Shown: one piece after another, positions 1 to 10,068 of the stretch
Layout: each line of letters begins with the position of its first letter
How positions within the stretch are numbered: position 1 is the first letter of the stretch
From: an uncultured Rhodopirellula sp.
GTDB taxonomy: Bacteria > Planctomycetota > Planctomycetia > Pirellulales > Pirellulaceae
NCBI GenBank assembly: GCA_964007735.1
Contig: CAXGAI010000011.1
Location: 62,001 to 126,000 of the forward strand
Direction: 5' to 3'
Length of the DNA: 64,000 bases
The notes under the pieces: model-generated
What the model was told of the DNA's origin: nothing
What the model saw: only the letters and a program-made list of their open reading frames with translations
Database searches by the model: none
Made by a program: the position numbers and the translations under genes

Positions 1-1121
1 AGGTCTTTCAACAATCCAGCAACTGGCTGGTCTAGCATTCCAGCGTTATAGGAAATCTCCGCACTAAGATTACTGTGATGATCCCAGGAGGCGTGCATCA
101 ACGTAACGAAGCGAACGCCCCGCTCAAGTAACCGGCGTGCCAGCAAACAGTTACGCGAAAATTGACCGTAAACATTAGCTCCACCACCGCGAAAGTTGTT
201 CTTTTCAGGTTCTTTACGACCGACACCATATAGATCGAGGGTTTCCTGAGTCTCCCCCGTAACATCAATGAGCTCTGGAGCAGCCCTCTGCATACGAAAA
301 GCCAGTTCATAAGAACTAATACGACTGGCAATCTCAGTATCCTGCTGTTCTTCCAATCGAATACGATTGAGTGAGTTGATCAGCCCCAAAGAATCTTTCT
401 GCATTTCTCGCGTATAGCCATTCGGAGCATTGAGATTTAATACGGGCTCGCCATCACCACGGAAGACCACCCCTTCATAGGTTGACGGCAGGAAACCGCT
501 GGTCCAGTTCGACACCCCACCAGAGCTACCGCGACCAGCTGACAAAACAACATAAGCCGGCAAATCATTCGTTTCACATCCAAGACCATACGTAAGCCAT
601 GACCCCATACTTGGACGACCAAAACGAGGTACGCCTGTCGTCATCATAAGCTGAGCTGGATGATGATTAAAGGCATCCGTATGCATGCCACGCACAAGCG
701 CAATATCATCAGCGCAGGAACCAATATGAGGCAACACGTCTGAAAGCTCCATTGCACAATCACCATATGGACGAAAGGTGCGATCGCTACCCATCAAAAT
801 TGCACTTTCCTTTTTGATAAAAGCAAACCGCACTTTTTCAGTAAGTTCTTTTGGCAGTCCCTGCCCGTGACGTTCCTGAAGAACAGGCTTCGGATCGTAC
901 AAGTCCACGTGACTGGGGGCACCGGCCAGAAACACAAAAATACATCGCTTCGCCCGGGGAGCAAAATGCCCAAATTTAGGTAGCAGTGGATTTGCCTCGT
1001 CGGCACCCAGCACTTCATCCCCCTGCAGTAAGGATGCCAGAGCCAGCCCCCCTAAACCACTGGAGGTCGATGTAAAGAAGTCCCGGCGACTTTGTTCTCT
1101 TAGTTTGCTATTAATATCCAT
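1..1121 (-). CDS. DUF1501 family protein (Tat-exported, sulfatase-like superfamily), truncated by the left window edge
   Basis: Missing from the ORF track because it has no stop in the window. Manual translation from ATG at 1121 gives an uninterrupted frame MDINSKLREQSRRDFFTSTSSGLGGLALASLL...AKRCIFVFLAGAPSHVDLYDPKP...GRPSMGSWLTYGLG...ASRISSYELAFRMQ...CLLARRLLERGVRFV...WDHH. It is paralogous to 22067..23461 and lies directly downstream of a DUF1549/DUF1553 gene. Confidence 0.92.
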   Translation of the reverse strand, partial: MDINSKLREQSRRDFFTSTSSGLGGLALASLLQGDEVLGADEANPLLPKFGHFAPRAKRCIFVFLAGAPSHVDLYDPKPVLQERHGQGLPKELTEKVRFAFIKKESAILMGSDRTFRPYGDCAMELSDVLPHIGSCADDIALVRGMHTDAFNHHPAQLMMTTGVPRFGRPSMGSWLTYGLGCETNDLPAYVVLSAGRGSSGGVSNWTSGFLPSTYEGVVFRGDGEPVLNLNAPNGYTREMQKDSLGLINSLNRIRLEEQQDTEIASRISSYELAFRMQRAAPELIDVTGETQETLDLYGVGRKEPEKNNFRGGGANVYGQFSRNCLLARRLLERGVRFVTLMHASWDHHSNLSAEISYNAGMLDQPVAGLLKD

Positions 1122-1157
1122 GATCTATCTCATTAGAAACCGTTTCGATTTCTGGCT

Positions 1158-4100
1158 TTATTCTTTCGTAATGAACTCGTCGGTATTCAACAACACACGT
1201 GCCACAGCCACCCATGAAGCGGTCTCAGCCAAGCCTGCCGCATCAGGCATTGGGGCTCCACCTAATATATCCCTAGCAGCCTGTTCATCCTGGATCATTC
1301 GTTCCAACTGACTCCGGTAGAAAGCGGTAACCGTTGCCATTTCCGATCGAGTCGGACGACGGGAGAGACATGTCAAGAATGCATGATAGACCCGCTTGCT
1401 AATATCTTCCTCCGCTTTACCAGTGGACGCGACTTCCAGAACAACACGACGTCCCAGATTCTGAGCACACTCAGTAAACACCACATCGTTCCACAGTGTT
1501 AATGCCTGTAATGGCGTGTTACTGCGGGGACGACGAGCGATACATACATTGGAGTCGGGAGCATCAAACGTCATTAACATCGGATAAGGACTGGTCCGCT
1601 GGAAGAAGGTGTAGAGACCTCGCCTATAGCGATTCTCCCCTTCACTCGTTTGCCACTTCGCGCTATTGGCATAGGTAAGTGCTGAATATTCAGCTGGCTG
1701 CGGTGGTCTAACACTTGGACCACCAATTTTTTCGGCCATGAGACCACTAGCATCCAATGCCAAGTCCCGAATAATCTCCGCTTCCACTCGTGATCGATAC
1801 TGACGCGCCAACAATTCATTGTCCGGGTCAATCTCAGCTATTTCAGGCCGGTGAGCCGATCGTTGTTGGTAGACAGCACTGTTGAGAATCAATCGATGGA
1901 GTTGCTTTAAACTCCAATTGTTTGCTCGAAATTCAGTTGCCAGCCAGTCGAGTAGCCCCGGATGGGTTGGTTCTGCCCCCTGAGTTCCAAAATCATCACT
2001 CGTAGCTACAATCCCACGACCAAAATAACGCTGCCAAACCCGATTGATTGTCACTCTTGCTGTCAGCGGATTTTCATCTGCAACGGTCCATTTTGCCAGA
2101 TCAAGCCGCGTCAACTTATCACCTGCTGCTGTCACCTCAGGCAGAACATCCAGCCCGTGGGTTGCAACCGCTTCCCCCTTGGTGAGGAAATTTCCTCGCA
2201 AGTGAATATTAGCTTGACGAGGGTTCGCCAGTTCAACGACACTCTGTGCCTTTGTGCCGGGCATAACAGGAGCTTTGCCTTCATGTTCCTTTTCTTCCCG
2301 AACAAGTTGCTTATAGGGTATATCAATATTCTTGAAATAGTCCAAAAGCACCTTATTCTGATCTTCATTGCGTGTTTCAGCTGCTATCGCTTCTAAGATG
2401 TTTCCCGGAGTGCCCTCTAAAGCCAGAACGCCGTTAAAGTCCGAATAACTGAGACGGAATCGACCTAGATTATGAGTACCGCCCGTTTCATACTTTTGGT
2501 CTAGAACAAGCTTAAACTCCACACCGCCTTCATAACTAAGGACCTGGTCCAATTGAAAGACAGCAATATGAGCTTTACCAATCTCCGGCGAAACAGCCCA
2601 ACCATCTTCCGCGCTTTCATTGATGGCCTTGGTCACCTCCCAATTAGCCTGAGAGAAATCGGCAATCGCATTGCTTATTTTAACAGGCACAAACTCATTA
2701 TCAGTTCCTGCTTGACGAGCTAGGATCTGGACATTGGTCAGTACAAAATTACCATTTTCCGCCCTTCCAGGTCCCTTTTTAGGCAAGCTCTCATCTGGAA
2801 GAACTTCCAAGCGAACACCACTAAGTGACTCCACGGTCGCAGTGACGGTATAAATGTCAGAGCGAATGTTTTCACCTTCGACTAAAACAGATCCGTCCTC
2901 CAGGCTCTTAAAGGCTGACTTGTATCTCCCCGAAATCGAAGTAGTAGTCAAAGGACGCCATTCATAGATGAGATTAGCATCCACCTTAATCCATTTCTCC
3001 AGAGCAGCCGGAAGTTGTTCCGCTTCATACTTTTTTCTGTTTCCGATCAGTCTTTCGTGATCCACATGGTAAGCCGCCAACTGTGCATCATAAGCCGCAG
3101 ATTCAGTAACTGTCGGGGCAGCAATATCCTGCTCATTCATGCTATTGAAAAACGAATACAACTGATAATATTCACGATGGCTGATGGGATCGTATTTATG
3201 GCTATGACATTGAGCACACCCGACCGTTAGCCCCAGCCAAATCGCACCGTAAGTATTAGTCCGATCCACGGTCTTTTTTACCCGGTCCTCCTCCTGATCC
3301 GTTCCACCTTCAGTATTGTGCAACGTATTCCGATGAAATCCACTGGCAACACGATGAGCAACGGACGCTTCCGGCAACATATCACCCGCAATTTGAGCGA
3401 CCGTAAACTGATCGAACGGCATATCAGCGTTAAGTGAATTAATAACCCAATCCCGATATCGCCAAGCGTGTGGCCGGCTTCGATCTTTTTCATATCCGTC
3501 ACTGTCAGCGTAGCGGGCTAAATCCAGCCAATGTCGTCCCCATCTTTCCCCATAATGAGGTGACTTAAGGGCGCGATTCACCATATGCTCGTAAGCATCT
3601 GTCCGTTGATCATTTAAAAACGCTTCAACTTCGGCCGCCGCTGGCAGGAGCCCGAGCAAATCTAAATAAACTCTTCGGATCAGAGTACTACGCGAGGCAA
3701 GTCCCGAAGGCGCAATACCTTCTGCTTCAAGCCGTGCCAGAACAAAATGATCAATTGGGTTCTTAATCCAATCTTGAGTTTTCACTTTTGGAAGCTCTGG
3801 TTTGGTAAGAGGTTGGAACGCCCAATGGTCGGACATGATGGCAATATCTGCTGAATCAGGCCATTCAGCTCCCTGAGCAATCCAACTCTCAATTAACGCA
3901 ATCTGTTCTTCGTTAAGCGGAGTTCCTTCACCTTCCGGAGGCATCCGTCCTAAATCTTCATCAGCACCTTTAATCAGCGTTAATAACAAGCCCGCTTGAA
4001 CGTCACCGGGGACAATTGCTTTTCCATTGTCTCCTCCGGCAAATGCTCTTGCCCGATTATCCAAACGCAAACCACCTTCCTGAGCATCACTGCCATGACA

Positions 4101-4256
4101 TGAATAACAACTAGCTCGTAAAATGGGCTGAATCTTCTTAGCAAAATCTATTTTCTGTCCCTTTTCAGGCTGAGCATCGTTTTCTTGCTGCCCCCAAACT
4201 GGGTATGCCGCCAGAACTAAAAAACAGAACCCAAATGGAACCATGAAGCATTTCAT
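1158..4256 (-). CDS. Planctomycete cytochrome c (PSCyt1) + DUF1549 + DUF1553 protein with a central beta-sandwich insert
   Basis: Signal peptide; N-terminal CYSCH...GGLRLD...MPP; GERWGRHWLDLARYADSDG; CAQCHSHKYDP; NPLTARVTINRVWQRYFGRG; PTHPGLLDWLA; TPLQALTLWN. Confidence 0.92.
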   Translation of the reverse strand: MKCFMVPFGFCFLVLAAYPVWGQQENDAQPEKGQKIDFAKKIQPILRASCYSCHGSDAQEGGLRLDNRARAFAGGDNGKAIVPGDVQAGLLLTLIKGADEDLGRMPPEGEGTPLNEEQIALIESWIAQGAEWPDSADIAIMSDHWAFQPLTKPELPKVKTQDWIKNPIDHFVLARLEAEGIAPSGLASRSTLIRRVYLDLLGLLPAAAEVEAFLNDQRTDAYEHMVNRALKSPHYGERWGRHWLDLARYADSDGYEKDRSRPHAWRYRDWVINSLNADMPFDQFTVAQIAGDMLPEASVAHRVASGFHRNTLHNTEGGTDQEEDRVKKTVDRTNTYGAIWLGLTVGCAQCHSHKYDPISHREYYQLYSFFNSMNEQDIAAPTVTESAAYDAQLAAYHVDHERLIGNRKKYEAEQLPAALEKWIKVDANLIYEWRPLTTTSISGRYKSAFKSLEDGSVLVEGENIRSDIYTVTATVESLSGVRLEVLPDESLPKKGPGRAENGNFVLTNVQILARQAGTDNEFVPVKISNAIADFSQANWEVTKAINESAEDGWAVSPEIGKAHIAVFQLDQVLSYEGGVEFKLVLDQKYETGGTHNLGRFRLSYSDFNGVLALEGTPGNILEAIAAETRNEDQNKVLLDYFKNIDIPYKQLVREEKEHEGKAPVMPGTKAQSVVELANPRQANIHLRGNFLTKGEAVATHGLDVLPEVTAAGDKLTRLDLAKWTVADENPLTARVTINRVWQRYFGRGIVATSDDFGTQGAEPTHPGLLDWLATEFRANNWSLKQLHRLILNSAVYQQRSAHRPEIAEIDPDNELLARQYRSRVEAEIIRDLALDASGLMAEKIGGPSVRPPQPAEYSALTYANSAKWQTSEGENRYRRGLYTFFQRTSPYPMLMTFDAPDSNVCIARRPRSNTPLQALTLWNDVVFTECAQNLGRRVVLEVASTGKAEEDISKRVYHAFLTCLSRRPTRSEMATVTAFYRSQLERMIQDEQAARDILGGAPMPDAAGLAETASWVAVARVLLNTDEFITKE

Positions 4257-4363
4257 ATACGTTTGTCCGTATGATCAGAACAGTATTAAGGCTATTAAGT
4301 ACGTTCTCATTTTACCGTGATGACAATTTGATTCCAAATCAACTGCGGGGGGAATTGCCAGAC

Positions 4364-4396
4364 TTACCTCAGGCTCGTTCCTGAGGTAAATTGACA
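4364..4396 (+). promoter_or_regulatory. Perfect 10-6-10 inverted repeat (candidate operator) abutting a TTGACA -35 hexamer upstream of the uronate isomerase gene
   Basis: TTACCTCAGG(4364-4373)-CTCGTT-CCTGAGGTAA(4380-4389), then TTGACA at 4391-4396. There is no clear consensus -10. Confidence 0.45.
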
Positions 4397-4453
4397 TTAA
4401 CATCCTTAAATCATTAGTAGCGGGCACAAATAATCACAAAGGATTTGAAACAC

Positions 4454-5737
4454 ATGCCAACGGATCTCCGCAACAGACTCTTTGAAGAACTCGACAGCCT
4501 TGTACTGATCGATCCACATACCCATATTGATGCCCTCAGTCCAGCCTCGAGAGACTTGTCTGAAATCCTTGGCTACCACTACTATACAGAGTTGGCTCAT
4601 TCTGCCGGCTTACCTCGTCAGCAGATAGAAGCTCCAGGAATCACACCTCGGGAAAAAGTGGGGCTGTTACTCAATAATCTGGAGCCAATCCAAAATACAA
4701 TCCAATACAGTTGGCTCATTGAAATGTGCCGGAAGTTCTTTGGCTTTGAAGGAAAGATTATCAATGGCTCCAACTGGGAATCTATTTACGATGCAGCTCA
4801 AGCTAAAATGGACGAACCCGATTGGTCCGAGCAGGTACTAAAACAATCCGGCATTGAAGCAGTCTTTCTGACTAATGATTTTGATGATTCGCTCGAAGGA
4901 TTTGATACTTCCGTATACATTCCATGCCTTCGTACCGACGACTTGGTATTCCATCTCGCCAAACCTGCGGTTCGTGAACGGCTCGAAATCTGCACTAATA
5001 TCTCACTTGAGTCACTTGGGGCACTTACTCAGTCACTTGAACATCTGTTCACTCATTTCACACGAGAAAACGCTAAAGCTTGCGCAATTTCTTTACCACC
5101 ATGGTTCATTCCGAGAGAGATCCACTTTGGCGAAGCCGAAAAAGCACTGGTGCAAATTCAAAGTCATGGTGAACAAGCGGCACCCGAACACAAAGAAACC
5201 ATGGCCTGCTGGGTATTTTGGAAACTAACTGAACTCTGTGATGAATTCAGATTGCCCTTTGACCTGATGATTGGAGTGAACCGTTCTGTGTATCCGGGAG
5301 GCGTTTATCAAGGTATGGACCTTTACGACAGCCGCGTTTCCTTGATCCAGTATGCCGACCTATTCAATGCCTTCCCCGCGGTCAAATTTCCCGTCTCCGT
5401 TTTGGCCAGTGTCACTAATCAGGAATTGGCGAGCTATTCTTGGATCTTCCCGAATGTGATTACCAATGGCCACTGGTGGTACAGTAATACACCTACGTTC
5501 ATTGAGCACGACACGGCGGCTCGTCTTGAAGCAGTCCCGCAAACCAAACAAATCGGTTATTACAGCGATATGTATAAGCTTGAATTCGCATTACCGAAAT
5601 TTGCGATGTACAAGCGGATTTTGGCCAAAGTACTCGCTGAACGTTACGTAATTGATCGGGATTGGAGTGAAGAACGAGCTATTGATTTTGGAAAACGTAT
5701 TCTTCGTGGAAATATAGAAACGATCTTTAATTTGTAG
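4454..5737 (+). CDS. uxaC: Uronate (glucuronate) isomerase-like amidohydrolase-superfamily protein
   Basis: IDPHTH metal motif, YHY, VFLTNDFDD, GHWWY and YSDMYKLE, as in the divergent uronate isomerase subfamily. The ORF track starts at TTG 4445; ATG 4454 is preferred. Confidence 0.75.
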   Translation: MPTDLRNRLFEELDSLVLIDPHTHIDALSPASRDLSEILGYHYYTELAHSAGLPRQQIEAPGITPREKVGLLLNNLEPIQNTIQYSWLIEMCRKFFGFEGKIINGSNWESIYDAAQAKMDEPDWSEQVLKQSGIEAVFLTNDFDDSLEGFDTSVYIPCLRTDDLVFHLAKPAVRERLEICTNISLESLGALTQSLEHLFTHFTRENAKACAISLPPWFIPREIHFGEAEKALVQIQSHGEQAAPEHKETMACWVFWKLTELCDEFRLPFDLMIGVNRSVYPGGVYQGMDLYDSRVSLIQYADLFNAFPAVKFPVSVLASVTNQELASYSWIFPNVITNGHWWYSNTPTFIEHDTAARLEAVPQTKQIGYYSDMYKLEFALPKFAMYKRILAKVLAERYVIDRDWSEERAIDFGKRILRGNIETIFNL

Positions 5738-5754
5738 GCTAATTCAAGGCCCAT

Positions 5755-5790
5755 AAAAAAACTCCGCTGTTTGTCACAGCGGAGTTCTTC
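5755..5790 (-). terminator. Intrinsic terminator for fusA, possibly bidirectional
   Basis: Stem AACTCCGCTGT(5760-5770)/ACAGCGGAGTT(5776-5786) with a 5-nt loop. The A-run on its left gives a U-tail on the minus strand. It lies between convergent genes. Confidence 0.85.
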
Positions 5791-5816
5791 TGATACTTAG
5801 TGGTAAACCCGTGAAC

Positions 5817-7904
5817 TTATTTACGGTTAGCCCATTCTTCAGCACGAGTCTTGATAATCTCCTGCTGCACGGCTGCCGGTACTTTCATGTACTTGGAAAG
5901 CTCCATGGAAAACGTACCCTGCCCTTTAGTCATCGAACGCAAATCTGTTGCGTAACCAAAAGTTTCAACCAGAGGTACCTCCGCAAGAATCGTGGAAACA
6001 TTCTCTCGTGCTTCTGTGTTGTTCACCAAACCGCGACGACTAATCAGGTCACCAACCACTGAGCCCTGAAAGTCTTCCGGCACTTCCACTTCCATCTTCA
6101 TCATTGGCTCTAGAATGGCTGGTTTAGCCTGAACAAACGTCTCTCGAAAGCATCCACCTGCAGCCGTCTGGAAGGCCTTATCAGAACTATCCACTTCGTG
6201 GTAAGAACCGTCATCCAGAGTGACCTTAACCCCCACGACAGGATAACGAGCCAAGGGGCCACGATTACAAGATTCCCTGAAACCCTTTTCCACTGACGGA
6301 ATATACTGCTTAGGAATACGTCCACCGACAATATTCTCTTCGAATTCGAACGTCTCCTCGCCATCCACATCCATTGGCTCAAGCGAGCCAACAATGTGAG
6401 CAAACTGCCCCGAACCACCAGTCTGCTTCTTATGTTTGTAATTAAATTTCTTTGCTACTGTTGGAGCTTCTCGATAACTAACCTTCGGTGCACCAACCTC
6501 AACTTCCACACCGTATTCACGGCGAATACGTTCGATATAAACCTCGAGGTGAAGCTCCCCCATTCCCGCGATCAACACTTCATTGGTTTCTTCGTCAGTG
6601 CTCACGTGGAAGGTAGGATCTTCTTTACGGAAACGTTGCAGAGCTTTCCCAAGCTTGTCGGCATCGCTTCGATTAGGCACGTTCACAGCCATCGTAATCA
6701 CAGGGTCAGCGACAAAGATGTTCTCCAGTGTGCAATACTTTTGCTCATCGCAATAAGTATCACCGCTGGCACAATCGATTCCCATCACTGCGACAATGTC
6801 GCCAGCTACTGCTTCATCAATCTCTTCACGTTTTTCAGAGTGCATACGTACAATTCGAGAAAAGCGATCTTTACGACCTGTACGCTGGTTAATGTAAGTT
6901 TCACCCTTACGGATCGTCCCCTGATAAATCCGAGTAAATGTCAACTGACCAAATGGGTCTTCTACAATCTTGAAGGCCATCCCGACAAACGGTTTTTCAG
7001 GATCCGGCTCTAACGCTAACTTGTCTTCTTCGTTACCAGCCTTGTTGGCTTCAACAGAGCGGTCCTCTGGAGATGGCAAGTAACGGTTAACAGCGTCCAA
7101 CAGGGGTTGGACACCTTTATTCTTGAAAGCTGTTCCCATAAATACAGGAGTTGCTTCGCGGTTCAGAACAATTGAGCGAAGCGTAGTATGGATCATTTCT
7201 TCGGTAGGCTCTTGACCTTCAAGCACCATTTCCATCATTTCTTCACTACCCATTGAAATACTTTCAATCATCTCAGCTCGGTAGTTTTGCGCTTCTTCCT
7301 GAAGGTCTGCTGGGATATCCTCTTCACGAACATTTTCACCATTTGCACCGTCGAAGTAGAGAGCTTTCATTTTGATAAGGTCGATAACCCCTTCAAAATC
7401 ATCACCTTCACCGATGGGCAACTGCATTAAAATGGGGGAATCCCCAAGTTTCTCTGCAATTTCGGAACAAACACGGTGAGGTTCAGCACCTGTTCGGTCC
7501 ATCTTATTAATGAATGCCAAGCGAGGTACTTTATATCGTTTCATCTGACGGTCGACCGTCAAGGACTGAGCCTGCACCCCACCAACGGCACAGAGAACGA
7601 GTACGGCACCATCGAGCACGCGTAAACTACGTTCGACTTCTACAGTAAAGTCGACGTGACCAGGCGTATCAATCAGGTTGACGGTTTTACCTTCCCACTC
7701 AACTGTCGTTGCAGCACTGGTGATCGTAATACCACGTTCTTTTTCCAATTCCATATGGTCCATTGTGGCACCATCACCTTCACCACGTACTTCTTGTACT
7801 TTGTGAATACGTCCACTATAGAAAAGGATTCGTTCACTCAGCGTGGTTTTACCCGAATCAATATGTGCTGAGATACCAATGTTTCTTACGTCTTCCAGCT
7901 TCAT
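5817..7904 (-). CDS. fusA: Elongation factor G
   Basis: [60 protein letters not shown]; 695 aa. Confidence 0.98.
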   Translation of the reverse strand: MKLEDVRNIGISAHIDSGKTTLSERILFYSGRIHKVQEVRGEGDGATMDHMELEKERGITITSAATTVEWEGKTVNLIDTPGHVDFTVEVERSLRVLDGAVLVLCAVGGVQAQSLTVDRQMKRYKVPRLAFINKMDRTGAEPHRVCSEIAEKLGDSPILMQLPIGEGDDFEGVIDLIKMKALYFDGANGENVREEDIPADLQEEAQNYRAEMIESISMGSEEMMEMVLEGQEPTEEMIHTTLRSIVLNREATPVFMGTAFKNKGVQPLLDAVNRYLPSPEDRSVEANKAGNEEDKLALEPDPEKPFVGMAFKIVEDPFGQLTFTRIYQGTIRKGETYINQRTGRKDRFSRIVRMHSEKREEIDEAVAGDIVAVMGIDCASGDTYCDEQKYCTLENIFVADPVITMAVNVPNRSDADKLGKALQRFRKEDPTFHVSTDEETNEVLIAGMGELHLEVYIERIRREYGVEVEVGAPKVSYREAPTVAKKFNYKHKKQTGGSGQFAHIVGSLEPMDVDGEETFEFEENIVGGRIPKQYIPSVEKGFRESCNRGPLARYPVVGVKVTLDDGSYHEVDSSDKAFQTAAGGCFRETFVQAKPAILEPMMKMEVEVPEDFQGSVVGDLISRRGLVNNTEARENVSTILAEVPLVETFGYATDLRSMTKGQGTFSMELSKYMKVPAAVQQEIIKTRAEEWANRK

Positions 7905-8119
7905 TTGCTGATTCCAACCTAATGTAAAAACAAACTTGTTAATGTTTCTTATATAACGTCTGATAAAATATCAGATTACGTACGTTCACTCAGTAAAACT
8001 CTACCACTTCACCAGCGTGATAGGTGCCTAAAATAGCGCACCTTTGAACAGAATCCGTAATGATAAAATAAATAAGACATGACGGAAGGCCAAATGTCAG
8101 GTGTTTGAGAAAAATACTT

Positions 8120-8155
8120 AAAAAGGAGTGTTTCGTAGCAAATGCCCCCCTTTTT
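8120..8155 (-). terminator. Possible weak intrinsic terminator after fumC
   Basis: Minus strand reads AAAAAGGGGGGCATTTGCTACGAAACACTCCTTTTT: an imperfect stem followed by a T-run, just past the fumC stop. Confidence 0.35.
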
Positions 8156-8164
8156 GCAGTCTTT

Positions 8165-9589
8165 TTATTCCTGCGGTTCAGTCATTCTCATCGGATCTAA
8201 AGCTTCGGCGAGTTGGTCCTCAGGAAGGATTTCCTGAGCCTTACATAGTTCGCGGATCGTCTCCCCACTAACAAAAGCTTCTTTGGCAAGCTTTGAGGCT
8301 TTCTCGTAACCGATATAGGGATTGAGACTTGTCACCATCGACAAGCTTTGCTCAACCGCACTGTTACACACTTCCTCGTTGGCTTGCATATCCTCAATGA
8401 GAAAATCAACGAACGACTCAATCGAAGAACTCAGTAGCTGCACACTCTCCAGAGTCACATGCCCCATCACAGGCATCATGATATTCAGTTGGAAGTTTCC
8501 ACCCGCAGCACCACTCATGGTAATCGTCTGACCATTACCAATCACTCGCGCTGCTACCTGCATCATACTTTCACACATCACAGGATTAACTTTTCCCGGC
8601 ATGATCGAACTACCAGGCTGTCGACTTGGCAACTTCAACTCAAAGAACCCACACCGTGGGCCAGAACCCAACCAACGAATGTTGTTGGCAACATTGAAGA
8701 GAGTATTTGCAATCGTGGTCAGGCCCCCATGGCTGTCAACCAAACCATCGCGCTGAGCATTGGCTTCAAAGTGATCCACAGCTTCCACGAAGGAAATCCC
8801 GGTTTCCTCCGCAATCACAGCAGAAACTCGAGCACCAAACTCAGGGTGAGTATTAATACCAGAGCCTACCGCAGTCCCACCAACTGGTAATTCTAAAACG
8901 GCATCACGAGCTTGCTTCGCGCGGTGAATCGAAAGCTCAATCTGACGAGCCAGACCACCGATTTCCTGTCCGAGACGTAACGGAGTCGCATCCATCAAGT
9001 GAGTGCGGCCAATTTTAATAATCTGATCCCACTGCTCTGATTTTAGACGCAACGACTCCGAGAACCGCGTCAAAGCTGGAAGCAGTTGAGTCTCAATGGC
9101 CATGCCAACCGCCACATGAATTGCCGTTGGAAAAGTGTCATTGGTACTCTGCCCCATATTTACATGATCATTGGGATGAATCAGTTTATCCGCTGCAAAG
9201 CGATCGCCGCCATGGATTTCAATCGCTCGGTTTGCAATGACTTCATTCACATTCATGTTGCTGGATGTACCGGAACCAGTCTGGAACACATCCACTGGAA
9301 ATTGCTCGTCCAGTTTTCCTACAGAGACTTCCCGACACGCAGCCAACATAGACTCAACCTGAACGTCATCCAAGCGGTTCTTTCCCGTATTCGTCAGTTT
9401 ACCCAAATCTCGATTTGCAACACCACAAGCATACTTCACTAAGCCCATCGCATGAATTAGCCCCGGCGCTAGCGACCAACCTGAGACAGGGAAATTCTCA
9501 ACCGCCCTTTGTGTCTGAGCACCGTAATAAGCCTGAGCGGGTACCTGCACGTCACCCATTGAGTCTCGTTCTGTACGCATTTCGGACAT
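8165..9589 (-). CDS. fumC: Class II fumarate hydratase
   Basis: RTERDSMG N-terminus, FQTGSGTSSNMNVNE, HPNDHVN, GRTHLMDATP and the signature GSSIMPGKVNP. The ORF track starts at 9610; ATG 9589 is preferred. Confidence 0.96.
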   Translation of the reverse strand: MSEMRTERDSMGDVQVPAQAYYGAQTQRAVENFPVSGWSLAPGLIHAMGLVKYACGVANRDLGKLTNTGKNRLDDVQVESMLAACREVSVGKLDEQFPVDVFQTGSGTSSNMNVNEVIANRAIEIHGGDRFAADKLIHPNDHVNMGQSTNDTFPTAIHVAVGMAIETQLLPALTRFSESLRLKSEQWDQIIKIGRTHLMDATPLRLGQEIGGLARQIELSIHRAKQARDAVLELPVGGTAVGSGINTHPEFGARVSAVIAEETGISFVEAVDHFEANAQRDGLVDSHGGLTTIANTLFNVANNIRWLGSGPRCGFFELKLPSRQPGSSIMPGKVNPVMCESMMQVAARVIGNGQTITMSGAAGGNFQLNIMMPVMGHVTLESVQLLSSSIESFVDFLIEDMQANEEVCNSAVEQSLSMVTSLNPYIGYEKASKLAKEAFVSGETIRELCKAQEILPEDQLAEALDPMRMTEPQE

Positions 9590-9830
9590 TGAATTCAATC
9601 CTTCTTCCATTTTAATTGTCTTAGCCCATACTCCTTGAAGATCCAGCGATCAACCAACGAGAAAAGCTGCCAGATTTGAAGTAGTAATCATGTACTCCTG
9701 CCTCAGGCTATGATACTCCTGTTAGCACAACGGTAAAAGAAGGCCACCTTAGAATCCTGCAACTACCTTAACAAGTCGCTAAAATAAAAAGAAACTAGGA
9801 CTACCTTCTCTGCCAATCAAGGAACGCACC

Positions 9831-10031
9831 ATGGCCAAATCCTATATGCAGCTTCAGGAATCTGAGGGACATTTGCTCGCAGCCGCGTCGCGTCTATACA
9901 GCGCTTATCTTACCTCCGACCAATACACCGGTGATAACGAAGCAACACTAATGCGAAAAGCCATTCAGGAAACACTGCAAATGGCAAATGCTATTGACGC
10001 TACCGTCATTGCCGACAACGAAGTCGAATAA
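9831..10031 (+). CDS. Small hypothetical protein (66 aa)
   Basis: AAGGAA ribosome-binding site before the ATG, helical composition, co-oriented with and 37 bp upstream of the creatininase-family gene. Confidence 0.7.
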   Translation: MAKSYMQLQESEGHLLAAASRLYSAYLTSDQYTGDNEATLMRKAIQETLQMANAIDATVIADNEVE

Positions 10032-10068
10032 CGAATCTTCATCTTCTTTCATCTAGTAAACGAATATC

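Noticed and set aside
98..1018. Short minus-strand ORFs (98..331, 437..622, 794..1018) suggesting a fragmented pseudogene
   Set aside because: They are off-frame shadows. A single intact DUF1501 frame runs from 1121 off the window edge.
6396..7013. 205-aa plus-strand ORF
   Set aside because: Antisense shadow of fusA.
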